DNA from: Minisyncoccota bacterium | GTDB lineage: Bacteria > Patescibacteriota > Minisyncoccia > UBA6257 > XYB1-36-10 | DNA length: 64,000 nucleotides | Assembly (NCBI GenBank): GCA_041651415.1 | Contig: JBAZJH010000001.1 | Location: 11,374-75,373, forward strand | Reading direction: 5' to 3' | In this document: piece after piece, positions 49,108 through 59,496 of the stretch | How positions within the stretch are numbered: the first letter of the stretch is position 1 | How the letters are laid out: every line of letters starts with the position of its first letter | Made by a program: the position numbers and the translations under genes | Notes under the pieces: model-generated | Told to the model about the DNA's origin: nothing | The model's input: only the letters and a program-made list of their open reading frames with translations | Database searches by the model: none

Positions 49108-52100
49108 TTATTCTTCGTAAAAAGGATAACCGGACGAGTTAATAATATTCATTTCCGTTCCTTCTATTTTAGAAAGTTTTTCCAAACTTTCGAAGGAAGG
49201 AAGGAAGTAATTAACTTCCGGAATAATTTCTTCTTCGGTTGGAGAAACTTCTTTTATTAAAGAATTTCTCGAAGAAGATTTCGCCGCCGGAAGCTTGGCG
49301 AACATGTCAAGGAGCGCGGCGCGATGCCCGCTCCAAACATCCATATTGATTTCATCGAATGATAATAATCCGACGTAATCAATAAGAAGCATGGGAGAAG
49401 CGCCGTTTTTACCTTGGACGAAAAAATGAATTCCGTCGGTCACGAATTGTTCTTTTCCGATATCTTCGGGAGGGATAATCTTGTAAATCTCCCTAAGGTC
49501 GAAAGTCACAAAGTGACCGATAAGTCCGCCAACTGAATCTATGGCAGGCATTGGCAAAGAAGCTGGCGCCAGCCACTGCATTACGCCTCTTTTATCGCGA
49601 TACCCCGCGATAGGAAGAACTGCAGTGTTTACCCCTTCCGAATTTTCCGTATACATACCGATAACTATAAAAGGTTTAACTTCGGTATGTACAAAGAAAT
49701 AGTACTGGAAGAGGGCCGGGTAATTTTCCGGAGACCCGTCGGCAGACAGAACTACATATCCGTCCGGGTCAGCTGCCTCGCTTTTGTACCACCAGTTGAC
49801 TTGCGAGTTTTCCGCAAGCCAAACTGGGTAATTACTCCAGCCGCCAGCTCGGAACCATTTCGTCATTGCTTCCGTGGGGAAGTAGTTCCACCACGGCGCT
49901 CGGTCATTCCATGGAATCATGGTCGGACTGGGCGTTGGCGGAATTGGCGTTGCGGTTCTGGTCGGAGTTGGCGTTGCTGTCGGAACCATTGGTGTTGATG
50001 TTGCTATGAGTGGTACAGGCGTTTTCGTCGGCTTCGGCGTTGCGGTCGATGGCAATGATGTTGCTGTTCTTGTTGCGGTTGGCGTCGCTGTCGGCGGCAC
50101 TTTTGTCGCCGTTGGCGGCATCGGAGTTTTTGTCGGCGGTGCGAGTGTATTCGTTGCTGTTGGCAGCGCTGGTGTCGAACCCGTAGAAACTCTGTCTAAA
50201 ATTCTCCACGTAGCTCTACTACCGGTTTTTATTTCCGCCAAGCGGAAATAATAATACTTTCCTGCCTGCGGACCGGAAATATAATTAGGATTAGTCAGAA
50301 GTCCATTTGGTCTCCAGACAAACCCGTTTACATCTCCGCTGCCGGTTCTTCCTAGATAGAAATAATTCTTCCCATCTTCGGAAATGTAGATGTGATGGTC
50401 AGTCTTTCCCGGAGTTAATGTCCAGGCAAGACCAATTTCACTCCCGCCTTTCATGAGAACTGTTTCACCTTCTTTTAGAAGGTAAACAGACGAGCTATTC
50501 TTCGAAGGATAATCTCCTTTTTTCAAAATCGCGAATACCCTAAAGCTGTATTCGTGGCCGTATTCCAGATTTTGCTGGAATAAGCCGGTTGCGCTTGTTT
50601 TTCCCATGTATCCTTTCGAGATTTTATCTTGAAAAAGATACACATGAAATTCAGAGACCATCGGATTTAAATAATCCGAAACAGAAAGTCCCAGAATTCC
50701 GGATTCTCCGCTATCGACATCGATGGCGGAAGAAAGAGAATTTCCTCCAATCTCGTCTAAAACACTCACTATTCCGCTCCAAGGTTTTGGAGTGGGAATA
50801 GCTGTTGGAATTCTTGTCGCAGTTGGCGGCACTTTCGTTGCTGTCTTCGTCGCTGTTGGCGGCACCGGCGTTTTAGTTGCAGTCGGTGTCGCTGTTGGCG
50901 GAACACTTGTCTCTGTTGGCGGCACCGGCGTGTTAGTCGGTACTACCGTCGGCGGAACATTTGTTTCCGTCGGCGTCAGAGTTGAAGCTGGTAAGGGCGT
51001 TAGATAAACGTAAACCACAACCGGTGTTTGTGTTGGCGGCACCGGCGTTTTAGTTTCAGTCGGTGTCGCTGTTGGCGGCAAAATTGGAGTTTTTGTCGGC
51101 GGCACCGCATCGAGAACCGTAATAACAATATTACGATCTTCTGATTTAGCCCCATGTTCATCCGTCGCAATAATTTTCAGAACATATTTCCCACTTTGTT
51201 CAAAAGTAGGCGTCCAAGAAAATCTTCCGGCAGGAGTCTCAAAAGATGATCCTGTCGGATATTGGACAGCAGATAAAAAAAACCAATCGCTGTCTTCGTC
51301 TGTGACTTGCACGACAAACGACAGTAATTCTCCCTCGTTTATCGTCATGTCGTTTATGTGAACGACAGGCGAGTGGTTTCCAGGAACTGGCTGCGCCGGT
51401 ACCGAAGTCGCGGTCGGCGTAAAAGTATTCGTCGGCTGCGGTTGTACAGGCGCTGGCGTATTTGTCGGAGCTAACGGTACTGATGTATTAGTCGGCACCG
51501 GTACTGAAGTTGCAGTCGGCAGAATCTTCGGAAATACATACAAATTTACGTCTTTGTATGTAGTTAAATTTCCGTCGGTTGCCGACAGTTGTAAAATAAA
51601 GTTTCCGCTTCCAATTTTGGAAGTATCCACCGTAATTACAACTTTCCAGGCACCGAACACCATAACGTCTACCGGAACGCCAGCAAAGTTTAAGTTCACC
51701 GAATCTCCTGGATTTTTATCTTCTAAAAGAATGGTAAGAACAAGTACTTCTCCTTCCTCTAAATCGTAATTCACTATTCCTCCTTCAATAGTTATTGAAG
51801 GAGCAATATTTGCTGGAAGGGGAGTGTTTGTTGATGTCGGCATAACCGGCACTGGTGTATTAGTTGGGACTAATGGCACTGGTGTGTTCGTCGGAATGCC
51901 AACTGGCGTGTTTGTCGGAACGCCAACTGGCGTGTTTGTTGCAGTTGGTGTTGGCGGCAAAATTGGTGTCGCTGTTGGTGGGATTGGTGTTGCAGTTGGA
52001 GTTGAAGGAGAATTAAATTCTCCGGCATCTCTTGACACTCCATCAACTTTTAGGTTGCGGATATACAGGTTTCCAGTTCCAGATTTTAAGAAACTGAATT

Positions 52101-52611
52101 CCTGAATGTACCAAAATGGGCTTTGATAATTGATGGAAGTTGTATATCCTCCATATATTCCAATAGATCCCCAATTAAAACTTGTGCTACTTTGAATGCT
52201 TAAAAAGGAAGCTCCGCTTCCTAAAAAAGGCATATTACTGTAAACACAGTGGAAAAATCCAAGAGACGGGCTTTCCCAAAAATTACTAGCTTGGTTATAG
52301 CTAACAATCACATGGTTCAACCCTGGCTGGTCGGATTTTCTTAGTACAAGAGTCGTGACTAAAGTAGCATCTCCGATTATCTCAAGCGAAATGCTTGAGT
52401 CCTTTAGCGTAGTGCCTGAACTTACGGTTAAAGCACTTGTTTCTGACGACATAAACGACATAAAAACGAAAACGACGGCGAGAAATACGTGGAACTTTTT
52501 CATGACATTTCTCCTTATAGGAATATTTTTTGTTTTAAATGTTGCTAGGCATATTATATACAATAATATAAGCATTGTCAATAAAACAGACAAAAATGTA
52601 AGTTTTGTCAA
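49108..52611 (-). CDS. Giant (1167 aa) secreted surface protein with Pro/Thr-rich linkers and a cadherin/Ig-like domain
   Basis: Signal peptide. Four PT-rich linkers (e.g. PTATPIPPTATPILPPTPTATNTPVGVPTNTP). The segment ...INDMTINEGELLSFVVQVTDEDSDWFF...SWTPTFEQSGKYVLKIIATDEHGAKSEDRNIVITV resembles dystroglycan-type cadherin/Ig-like domains. The C-terminal ~300 aa is of unknown fold. A hairpin terminator sits at 49062-49096. Confidence 0.6.
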   Translation of the reverse strand: MTKLTFLSVLLTMLILLYIICLATFKTKNIPIRRNVMKKFHVFLAVVFVFMSFMSSETSALTVSSGTTLKDSSISLEIIGDATLVTTLVLRKSDQPGLNHVIVSYNQASNFWESPSLGFFHCVYSNMPFLGSGASFLSIQSSTSFNWGSIGIYGGYTTSINYQSPFWYIQEFSFLKSGTGNLYIRNLKVDGVSRDAGEFNSPSTPTATPIPPTATPILPPTPTATNTPVGVPTNTPVGIPTNTPVPLVPTNTPVPVMPTSTNTPLPANIAPSITIEGGIVNYDLEEGEVLVLTILLEDKNPGDSVNLNFAGVPVDVMVFGAWKVVITVDTSKIGSGNFILQLSATDGNLTTYKDVNLYVFPKILPTATSVPVPTNTSVPLAPTNTPAPVQPQPTNTFTPTATSVPAQPVPGNHSPVVHINDMTINEGELLSFVVQVTDEDSDWFFLSAVQYPTGSSFETPAGRFSWTPTFEQSGKYVLKIIATDEHGAKSEDRNIVITVLDAVPPTKTPILPPTATPTETKTPVPPTQTPVVVYVYLTPLPASTLTPTETNVPPTVVPTNTPVPPTETSVPPTATPTATKTPVPPTATKTATKVPPTATRIPTAIPTPKPWSGIVSVLDEIGGNSLSSAIDVDSGESGILGLSVSDYLNPMVSEFHVYLFQDKISKGYMGKTSATGLFQQNLEYGHEYSFRVFAILKKGDYPSKNSSSVYLLKEGETVLMKGGSEIGLAWTLTPGKTDHHIYISEDGKNYFYLGRTGSGDVNGFVWRPNGLLTNPNYISGPQAGKYYYFRLAEIKTGSRATWRILDRVSTGSTPALPTATNTLAPPTKTPMPPTATKVPPTATPTATRTATSLPSTATPKPTKTPVPLIATSTPMVPTATPTPTRTATPIPPTPSPTMIPWNDRAPWWNYFPTEAMTKWFRAGGWSNYPVWLAENSQVNWWYKSEAADPDGYVVLSADGSPENYPALFQYYFFVHTEVKPFIVIGMYTENSEGVNTAVLPIAGYRDKRGVMQWLAPASLPMPAIDSVGGLIGHFVTFDLREIYKIIPPEDIGKEQFVTDGIHFFVQGKNGASPMLLIDYVGLLSFDEINMDVWSGHRAALLDMFAKLPAAKSSSRNSLIKEVSPTEEEIIPEVNYFLPSFESLEKLSKIEGTEMNIINSSGYPFYEE

Positions 52612-52721
52612 TAAAATTAGGGAAGGAAGAACTTGCTATTGACATTTTTTTATTATTTGATTATAATATGGTAAATTATTAAAAGGAGTCAAAAAAAGCT
52701 CCAAGCGAAAAAAATAAAATT

Positions 52722-54497
52722 ATGATTAATAAAGCGTCAAAATTAGTTTTAACAACCCTAGCTTTAGGAGTTTTTTTGGGTGTTTTACCGGTTCAAGCGG
52801 CAGTGGTTATTATTCCTGCTACCGGAGGGCAAAATTTGTCGGAAGGTTCCGGGTTTGTTAACTTAACCAATATTATAATTAGACAATCAGCAGGAGGGGA
52901 GATAGGAATAGGAAATCATATTTTTTCTTTACCGACTGGATGGGAATTTGATACTAGTAACACAATCTTTATTAATACTACTAGTGGAGAAGCGGTAGTT
53001 TCTCCAATTTCCTTAAAACCTGGGGTTTCTTCTTTTTCCTTTTCATTGGAATCACCAATAGTAAATGCTGGAGAAGAATTATCTGTTTTATCCATGAGAG
53101 TGCGTCCGACAGGAACAGCGGGAGGAAACATAACACATTCCGGAGCGGCGATTGCCGGCGTTACAAATGGAGTCACTTCTTTTGGAACATTGTCAGTTGC
53201 AGGCGGAAGCACGCCGACAACTCCTTCTACCGGCGGTTATGATTCTTTTTATTCAGGTGGAGCTTTGCGACCGACCGCTCCTTCCGATATTTCTATAAAA
53301 ATAAATTCGGGAGCAACTTCAACGGATAAAAGGAGCGTAGTTTTGAATTTAGGAGCTTCAAATGCCGGAGACATGATCATTGCAAACGATATTTCAAATT
53401 TTGATTATTATGCTCTTGAGCCGTTTTGCGAAACAAAGAATTGGACTTTGTCCAGCGGAAATGGAACTAAAACCGTTTATATTAAATTCAGAAGCGCAAC
53501 CGGAGTTTATTCCGACACTATTTCAGCGAGCATAAACTTGCAAGAAACAGAACAGGTAAAGGAAGAAGTGAAAACAGCCACGGTTTCTACTCCGGCGGTT
53601 ACCTATAAAGCTACCGATTTGAATAAAGACGGAGTGGTTGACCAAAAAGATTTAAATTTACTTTTTGCCAACTGGTTTAACGCTAATAAAATCTCTGATG
53701 TAAACGGAGACGGCAAAGTTGATATCTCTGATTTTAATGCCGTTTTAGCCGATTGGACCAATACTTCAGTTCCAGCTAAAGCGACAGAAACAAAAGATGC
53801 AATGTTTTCTTTCTCTCCTTCTTTAGTGCAAGTTAAAGACGGGGAAAGAGTTTCCGTTTTAGTAAAAGTGAGACCGATTTCCAACGCTATTTATACGGCT
53901 CGCTTGGTTCTTAACTATCCTTCCGATTTATTGAATTATGAATCAACTGTTTACTCAAATGGATGGATTCCTCTTATTCTTGGAGAAAAGAGCAGTCTCG
54001 TGGACAGCGCGAGCGGTTTAGTGGTTAAAACAGCCGGATATCCGGGAGGAGTGCCGATGGAAGGAACTGATTTTGCCATTATAAATTTTGTGGCTAAGAA
54101 ATCAGGTTCCGGAACGATATCTTCGAATTCCGGTTCAGTGGCAATGGATAAAAAAGGATTTGATAAATACAGCGGAAACTTGAGCCAGACAAATCTTTTG
54201 GTCCATGGAAATCCGGTAAGCGCGCAAGTTATCGCTTCCACCAAAGATGTTACACAGACGGAAACAACGCAAGTTGTTGAAAATCAAAATAATGAAACAA
54301 AAAAGGATACCAGAAAATCACTTTTGGCCGGAATCTTAGGATTTCTGACGTCAGTGCCGGGATATCACTTGCTTTTCTTTGTTTTGATTCTAATCTGCTA
54401 TTTCCTTTATAAAAAGTATTTTTCTTCTCTGAATGAAGAGGAAGCAGAAAGCCAATTTGCAGCCATAATAGAAAGAGAAAGAGAAGACGATAAATAA
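52722..54497 (+). CDS. Cell-surface protein with a dockerin-type Ca-binding repeat pair, a cohesin-like beta domain and a C-terminal TM anchor
   Basis: Signal peptide. DLNKDGVVDQKDLNLL...DVNGDGKVDISDFNAVL is a dockerin type I duplicated EF-hand-like loop. A beta-rich ~150-aa region follows. The C-terminus carries LLAGILGFLTSVPGYHLLFFVLILICYFLYKKY. Confidence 0.55.
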   Translation: MINKASKLVLTTLALGVFLGVLPVQAAVVIIPATGGQNLSEGSGFVNLTNIIIRQSAGGEIGIGNHIFSLPTGWEFDTSNTIFINTTSGEAVVSPISLKPGVSSFSFSLESPIVNAGEELSVLSMRVRPTGTAGGNITHSGAAIAGVTNGVTSFGTLSVAGGSTPTTPSTGGYDSFYSGGALRPTAPSDISIKINSGATSTDKRSVVLNLGASNAGDMIIANDISNFDYYALEPFCETKNWTLSSGNGTKTVYIKFRSATGVYSDTISASINLQETEQVKEEVKTATVSTPAVTYKATDLNKDGVVDQKDLNLLFANWFNANKISDVNGDGKVDISDFNAVLADWTNTSVPAKATETKDAMFSFSPSLVQVKDGERVSVLVKVRPISNAIYTARLVLNYPSDLLNYESTVYSNGWIPLILGEKSSLVDSASGLVVKTAGYPGGVPMEGTDFAIINFVAKKSGSGTISSNSGSVAMDKKGFDKYSGNLSQTNLLVHGNPVSAQVIASTKDVTQTETTQVVENQNNETKKDTRKSLLAGILGFLTSVPGYHLLFFVLILICYFLYKKYFSSLNEEEAESQFAAIIEREREDDK

Positions 54498-54521
54498 GGA
54501 AGAGAAGAGTGCTCTCCTTAT

Positions 54522-54607
54522 GGTGAAACAAAACTCCCCCGATTATCTGCCTCCGCTATCCGCCAACTGGCGGAGGCGGATGGCGGACGGGGGTGTTTTG
54601 TTTTTAT
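54522..54607. terminator. Bidirectional GC-rich hairpin terminator between convergent genes
   Basis: aaaactcccccg..ccgccaactggcgg..cggacgggggtgttttgttttt, similar in design to the rplS terminator. Confidence 0.6.
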
Positions 54608-54610
54608 CCG

Positions 54611-55642
54611 TTATTGATTATTGAAAAAATTCGGTTTATGAATATAACTTTCGATTTTATTGATGATTTTATCCATAAAATAAACCGCTTTTTCCGGATA
54701 ATCTCCCATGGCACTTTCGTCGGAAAGCATTACAGCATCGGCTCGATCAAATACGGCTGAAGCGACATCGTTGACTTCTGCTCTGGTCGGATTCGGATGA
54801 TTAATCATGGAAGTCATCATTTGCGTGGCAACAATAACCGGCTTCTTGTGCCAATGAGCTTGGCGAATAAGATATTTTTGGATTATCGGAACATCTTCCA
54901 TTGGTATTTCTATTCCCAAATCTCCACGAGCCACCATTATTCCGTCGCTTTCTTTAATGATATTATCGATATTGTCCAAAGCTATCGCTCTTTCTATTTT
55001 GGCAATTATTTTTGTCTTTTTTTCGCTGATTATCTTTCTTAATTTTTTAATGTCTTCCGCTCCTTGCACAAAAGAAAGAGCAATGTAGTTGATGTTGTGT
55101 TTTAAAGCAAATTTAGCGTCTCTAATATCTTTAGTCGTTAGTCCTCCCTTCGAAAGACTGGTCTTTGGAATATTTATTCCTTTATGGGAAAAAACAATGC
55201 CGCCAATAATGGCTTTGGCGAAAATCGATTGTCCTTTTATTTTTATAACCTCAAGTTTTATTTCTCCGCCGGTAATAAAAAGGGGATCGCCTTCTTTTAT
55301 GTCTATATGAAGATAGGGATTATCTATGTCAATAATTGATTTTTTGGGATCGGTTTTTTTTCTAAAAGCAAACTCGTAAACCTTTCCTTCTTTTATTTCC
55401 ATCCCGTCTTTTGGAACAATTCCGAGACGTATTCTTGGCCCCTGTAAATCCTGCATTACTTTTACTTTTTTATTTAAATCTTTTGCTGCTTGGCGGACAA
55501 TTTTCAATCCTTCTAAAAATTCTTTTTCGGTTGCGTGGGAAAAATTGAATCGAAAAATTTCCGCGCCGTTTTTTATGAAAGAATGAATGGTTTTATAATT
55601 ACGGGATTTTGGCCCGATTGAAGCGATAATTTTTGTTTTCAT
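54611..55642 (-). CDS. pyk: Pyruvate kinase, short form lacking the C-terminal regulatory domain
   Basis: MKTKIIASIGPKS...FRFNFSH...QDLQGPRIR...MVARGDLGIEIP...ATQMM. Confidence 0.8.
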   Translation of the reverse strand: MKTKIIASIGPKSRNYKTIHSFIKNGAEIFRFNFSHATEKEFLEGLKIVRQAAKDLNKKVKVMQDLQGPRIRLGIVPKDGMEIKEGKVYEFAFRKKTDPKKSIIDIDNPYLHIDIKEGDPLFITGGEIKLEVIKIKGQSIFAKAIIGGIVFSHKGINIPKTSLSKGGLTTKDIRDAKFALKHNINYIALSFVQGAEDIKKLRKIISEKKTKIIAKIERAIALDNIDNIIKESDGIMVARGDLGIEIPMEDVPIIQKYLIRQAHWHKKPVIVATQMMTSMINHPNPTRAEVNDVASAVFDRADAVMLSDESAMGDYPEKAVYFMDKIINKIESYIHKPNFFNNQ

Positions 55643-55761
55643 GGATTTATATCCTAACTAAAAAACATTATTAAGTCAAACATCCCGTTCTTTAAAGATA
55701 AAATGTTTGATTTTTATTTACTTTTTTTATATGATTTCAAAGTTGTTTGAAAATTTAATAT

Positions 55762-55836
<75 letters not shown>

Positions 55837-55983
55837 CGTAGTGAGAGGTTCAAGTGACCGAAAGGAGTTTTAGTATTCAAAGAGGTTTTGAAGGGATATA
55901 AGATAGGGGAGTATGTGGGGGTTTAAAATAAAAAAGCCCGAGAGGATTAGTCTCGGGCAGAGTTTTTGATTTACCAAATCAAT

Positions 55984-57102
55984 TTACCAGCTAATGCCTG
56001 CTTTTTGCAGAGCTTCAGCCATTTCATTATTACTGTTTGAATCAGAAGATAATTCATATGATCGATTTCCTTCTTTATCTTCTGACTCGTTTACTTTTGG
56101 GGGCGGCGCCATTTCAGGACGGTAGGCGATTGTTTGCCCGCCGTAATCCCGTTCATTTACGAATTGCTGGGCGATGTTTTCAGCCCAGCTGTTCGGAACG
56201 ATAACGAGCTTATAGCTGTCGCTCCCGCTTCCGCCGCCACGGCAGGTGGAACCAAGTTTTTCAACTTGGCCGGCATTGTCCCAGTCAATATAGAAGCTGG
56301 GCCAACGCTTGGCACCGCAACCGGGTGAATATTCATGAACGAGAACGACGCATCGTTCTCTGTTCACTTCTTCACCTTCTTTGATCGGTGCAATAACGAG
56401 TTCGTTGTGCATGTCTCGGCCAAAGCGGGCTGTTTCCAACGTGGTGTTGGACTCTGTGGCAAAACCATGTGCCATCTGCCCGCAACCATTTTGAGAACAA
56501 TTTCCGTCAGCGTCCAAGGTTATACCACTACTGGTATCATTCCCTGAAAGCTGAAAGAGGCGAAAGTTTCCGGGAAGCCAGGTGATGTTTTCCTCGGAGT
56601 GTGTGGGATCATTACGACGATCCCAGTCTTGCTTTTCCCAAGTTTGGGATTCTACTTCCACACCGTTCCAGGTATGGACTTCAACCTGATTGGTACGACG
56701 TCCGTAGGAATGGAAAGCCATGGATTGGCCTATGTCTAGCAGAGCAGCAACCGCAATGCCAGAGTTACAGGCGTTGCTGGCGCTGCATTCGGCTAATAAT
56801 TTTCCGGTGGTAGCTTCTTTGAGAATATCTACGCCTCCACGGAAACCACCGCTGGAGCTGACGAATAGAAGGCAACGATTGGTAGTATCTTCACCACCAA
56901 CCACCATGATTGTGCCCTTTTCCGCTTCTTTAAGAAGGCGGAAACTGTTTTCCGGTAAAAACCCGTTCTCTTGCGGAGTAACACCTTTCACTGGCAGGCA
57001 CGCTTCGTCTGTTTGGTTCCGGCCATATTGCATACTACATCGGTAGGCTGGAAAACCGTCGGTTGAAAATTGCCATTGAGAAGTTAAAGAAATATGTTTC
57101 AT
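55984..57102 (-). CDS. Hypothetical protein, paralogous domain shared with the upstream gene (start reassigned to MKHISL.., preceded by a ggaggg SD)
   Basis: Shares the block ...NRCLLFVSSSGGFRGG...EVHTWNGVEV with the upstream protein (...NRALILWSVSSGYRGS...ILTYDGENVTV). GC content is visibly higher than the rest of the window. Confidence 0.4.
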   Translation of the reverse strand: MKHISLTSQWQFSTDGFPAYRCSMQYGRNQTDEACLPVKGVTPQENGFLPENSFRLLKEAEKGTIMVVGGEDTTNRCLLFVSSSGGFRGGVDILKEATTGKLLAECSASNACNSGIAVAALLDIGQSMAFHSYGRRTNQVEVHTWNGVEVESQTWEKQDWDRRNDPTHSEENITWLPGNFRLFQLSGNDTSSGITLDADGNCSQNGCGQMAHGFATESNTTLETARFGRDMHNELVIAPIKEGEEVNRERCVVLVHEYSPGCGAKRWPSFYIDWDNAGQVEKLGSTCRGGGSGSDSYKLVIVPNSWAENIAQQFVNERDYGGQTIAYRPEMAPPPKVNESEDKEGNRSYELSSDSNSNNEMAEALQKAGISW

Positions 57103-57112
57103 GGCATCCCTC

Positions 57113-57820
57113 CTATAGGTATTCGCCAACGACTTCTTCCGAAGTTGCGGCGAAAATTTCATTACCACCGAACACGACTGTAACATTTTCACCGTCGTAG
57201 GTAAGAATGCCACGAGTTCCTTGTACTCGCCGACCGGAACGGCTGGCTATTAATTGCTGGCCTGGTTCCAAAATGGCAAGCATTTCAGCAGTTGAGCCAA
57301 GGTTGCCGCGTCCGGAGTGCCATGATTCATCGGTAGCGATGACTTTGACGCCTTCGTTTGCCGAAATACTGGCACTGCCTCGATAACCGGAAGACACACT
57401 CCATAAAATCAATGCGCGATTATCGTCCTCTTTTGGTGCGACAATCAAGTGCATGCCTTTTTCGGTTTTGATGATTCCGACATTCTTAATAACGGCGCTA
57501 CTTAAGATTTCGCCACTTTCCGGATGATAACGATAATAAAGGCCATCATCTAATTTCCATTCTCCATATTCTTTTCCGCAAGATTCACAAACATGATTTG
57601 CAGAACAAGTATCGGGAAGGGCAGAATGATCGCTTTTTCCTTGATGAGGGCAAGGTAAAAATTTTTTCTCAATTACCTTGTTCGCATCATGTTTTCCGAT
57701 TGGGATCCACGTGGCTCTTTTGTGACCGCCTTGCCCCATAATAATTCGGGGGTAGGGGGAGTCCATACTCACAGAGATTCCTTGATTACTTCCGTTGAAT
57801 ACTTTCATTGTTTCCTCCAC
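57113..57820 (-). CDS. Hypothetical protein, paralog of the downstream gene
   Basis: 235 aa, containing a CxxC..C-rich segment (HVCESCGKEY). Same high-GC composition. Its stop lies 10 nt before the next start. Confidence 0.4.
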   Translation of the reverse strand: MEETMKVFNGSNQGISVSMDSPYPRIIMGQGGHKRATWIPIGKHDANKVIEKKFLPCPHQGKSDHSALPDTCSANHVCESCGKEYGEWKLDDGLYYRYHPESGEILSSAVIKNVGIIKTEKGMHLIVAPKEDDNRALILWSVSSGYRGSASISANEGVKVIATDESWHSGRGNLGSTAEMLAILEPGQQLIASRSGRRVQGTRGILTYDGENVTVVFGGNEIFAATSEEVVGEYL

Positions 57821-58285
57821 TTTTTCGTGCCCGTGAGGTTTGGATTTGGCATATAGCCACCTCGGGGGCGGGAAATTTCAGTAAATATATTTTAGGGTAC
57901 TGTCTTAATTATAGCATAATTAATATAAATAGTCAAGTTTTTCTGATGTGCTAGGGAGTGTAGTATTTGTGGCATTTTGACTCTAAAATAGGGTTATTAA
58001 AAGTGACCGAGGGGCGTCGAGAAAGGTTTCTAAAATCTCTTAAAAAACCTTTAATGGTCTAGACTAGAAAGGTTCTTGAGCGTGGTGGGGAGCCAAGTTT
58101 ACAAAAGCTGACAGATAGTAATTTAAAGCAAGACAATTTTAAGAGGAGAAAAAAGCCAAGTTATAAAACATTAGGATTAAAATGGTTGATAAGAGTTTAC
58201 GGAATCAAAGACAAAAATCGCCAATCTGGCGATTTCTTGGTATAATAAAAGAGTATAAATAATTTAAATATAATGATTATTATTT

Positions 58286-58765
58286 ATGAAAACTAACAAT
58301 ACTTTAAAACTCATCATTGCTATCATTGTTTCCGAGCTTGCCGGCATTATTGGTTCGGTCTTCACCACTCCTTCCATTGCCGGCTGGTATGCCGGTATCG
58401 TCAAACCGGCTCTTAATCCGCCGTCATGGGTCTTCGGTCCGGTTTGGACGACGCTGTTTGCCTTTATGGGCATCGCGGCGTTTTTAGTTTGGAAGAAGGG
58501 ATTGAATCGTAAAGACGTGAAAATCGCACTCGGCATATTTCTTGGCCAGCTGGTCTTGAATACTTTTTGGTCAATAATCTTTTTCGGTTTGCATTCTCCG
58601 GGCGGCGCATTTATTGAAATCATATTCCTCTGGCTGGCTATTTTTGCCACGATCATCGCCTTTGTAAAAATTTCCAAACCAGCCGCTTGGTTGTTGATAC
58701 CATATATTCTTTGGGTTAGCTTCGCCAGTTATCTGAATTTTATGATCTGGATATCAAATTTATGA
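58286..58765 (+). CDS. tspO: TspO/MBR-family (tryptophan-rich sensory) membrane protein
   Basis: PSWVFGPVWTTLFAFMGIAA...NTFWSIIFFGLHSPGGAFIEI...LIPYILWVSFASYLN, five TM helices and Trp-rich motifs. Confidence 0.75.
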   Translation: MKTNNTLKLIIAIIVSELAGIIGSVFTTPSIAGWYAGIVKPALNPPSWVFGPVWTTLFAFMGIAAFLVWKKGLNRKDVKIALGIFLGQLVLNTFWSIIFFGLHSPGGAFIEIIFLWLAIFATIIAFVKISKPAAWLLIPYILWVSFASYLNFMIWISNL

Positions 58766-59280
58766 GTAAGAGGGTTATCAAGGTCAATGACCGGATGCAA
58801 AAAAAATACCGATACGAACTCACCGAGCCGGTCGGTAAAAATTTCCATCCTGATTTTAAACCCGAACTAACACCAAAACAAATGCTTGCGCTCGGTGTTT
58901 TCGGTGGCGTATATATGCGTGATTGCATGAAGGAATTTCCAAAGGACTGGTTCGTCAAAGCCAAATTTCAAAAGAAGGGGGTCTATGCGCATGATCCCGG
59001 CATTAACTTTTTTAAGGTAAACGCCAGTCAGCCGCTTTCCGTCTGGCGCAAGAAAGGCTGGATTTACAGGGATGACCCGCGCGGATGGTTTCAATGGTAT
59101 TGCCGCTACTATATGGGGAGGCGGTTATCCGGCGAAGACGAACGGCAAATCAAACGTTGGAAAGCCATACGGCGACACATATCGCAGATAAAAAAGAATT
59201 GCCAACTGAGAAACTTAACCTGTCGTCCGACGCAAAGGCAGGCTGTTCTGCACTGGGCATACGACAGTCGGAAAATGTGA
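58762..59280 (+). CDS. Hypothetical protein (Trp/Tyr/Arg-rich)
   Basis: 172 aa. Start overlaps the tspO stop. High GC like its neighbours. Confidence 0.4.
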   Translation: MSKRVIKVNDRMQKKYRYELTEPVGKNFHPDFKPELTPKQMLALGVFGGVYMRDCMKEFPKDWFVKAKFQKKGVYAHDPGINFFKVNASQPLSVWRKKGWIYRDDPRGWFQWYCRYYMGRRLSGEDERQIKRWKAIRRHISQIKKNCQLRNLTCRPTQRQAVLHWAYDSRKM

Positions 59281-59496
59281 AGAATGTAAGTTATTAGACT
59301 GAGCGAGATTTTTACTCAGTCCAATCGAACGGCTATTCGTGACGGAGCATTTTGACGGCCGCGTCCATTTCGTAGGAGTGCCAGCCGTTTATGATTACGG
59401 TTCGAAGTTTACGCACGGCTCTGAGCGAGACAAAACAAAAACCACTCAAATCAAATGAGCGGTTTTTGTTTTGTCTGGTAAAAATTATTCGGGGAT

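Noticed and set aside
49919-51007. Gly/Val-rich + strand ORFs (110 aa, 94 aa and others) and periodic DNA that looked superficially like a spacer-repeat array
   Set aside because: They are the reverse-strand image of the Pro/Thr-rich linker codons of the giant surface protein. The repeats are degenerate and contiguous, not CRISPR-like repeat-spacer units. No CRISPR array was seen anywhere in the window.
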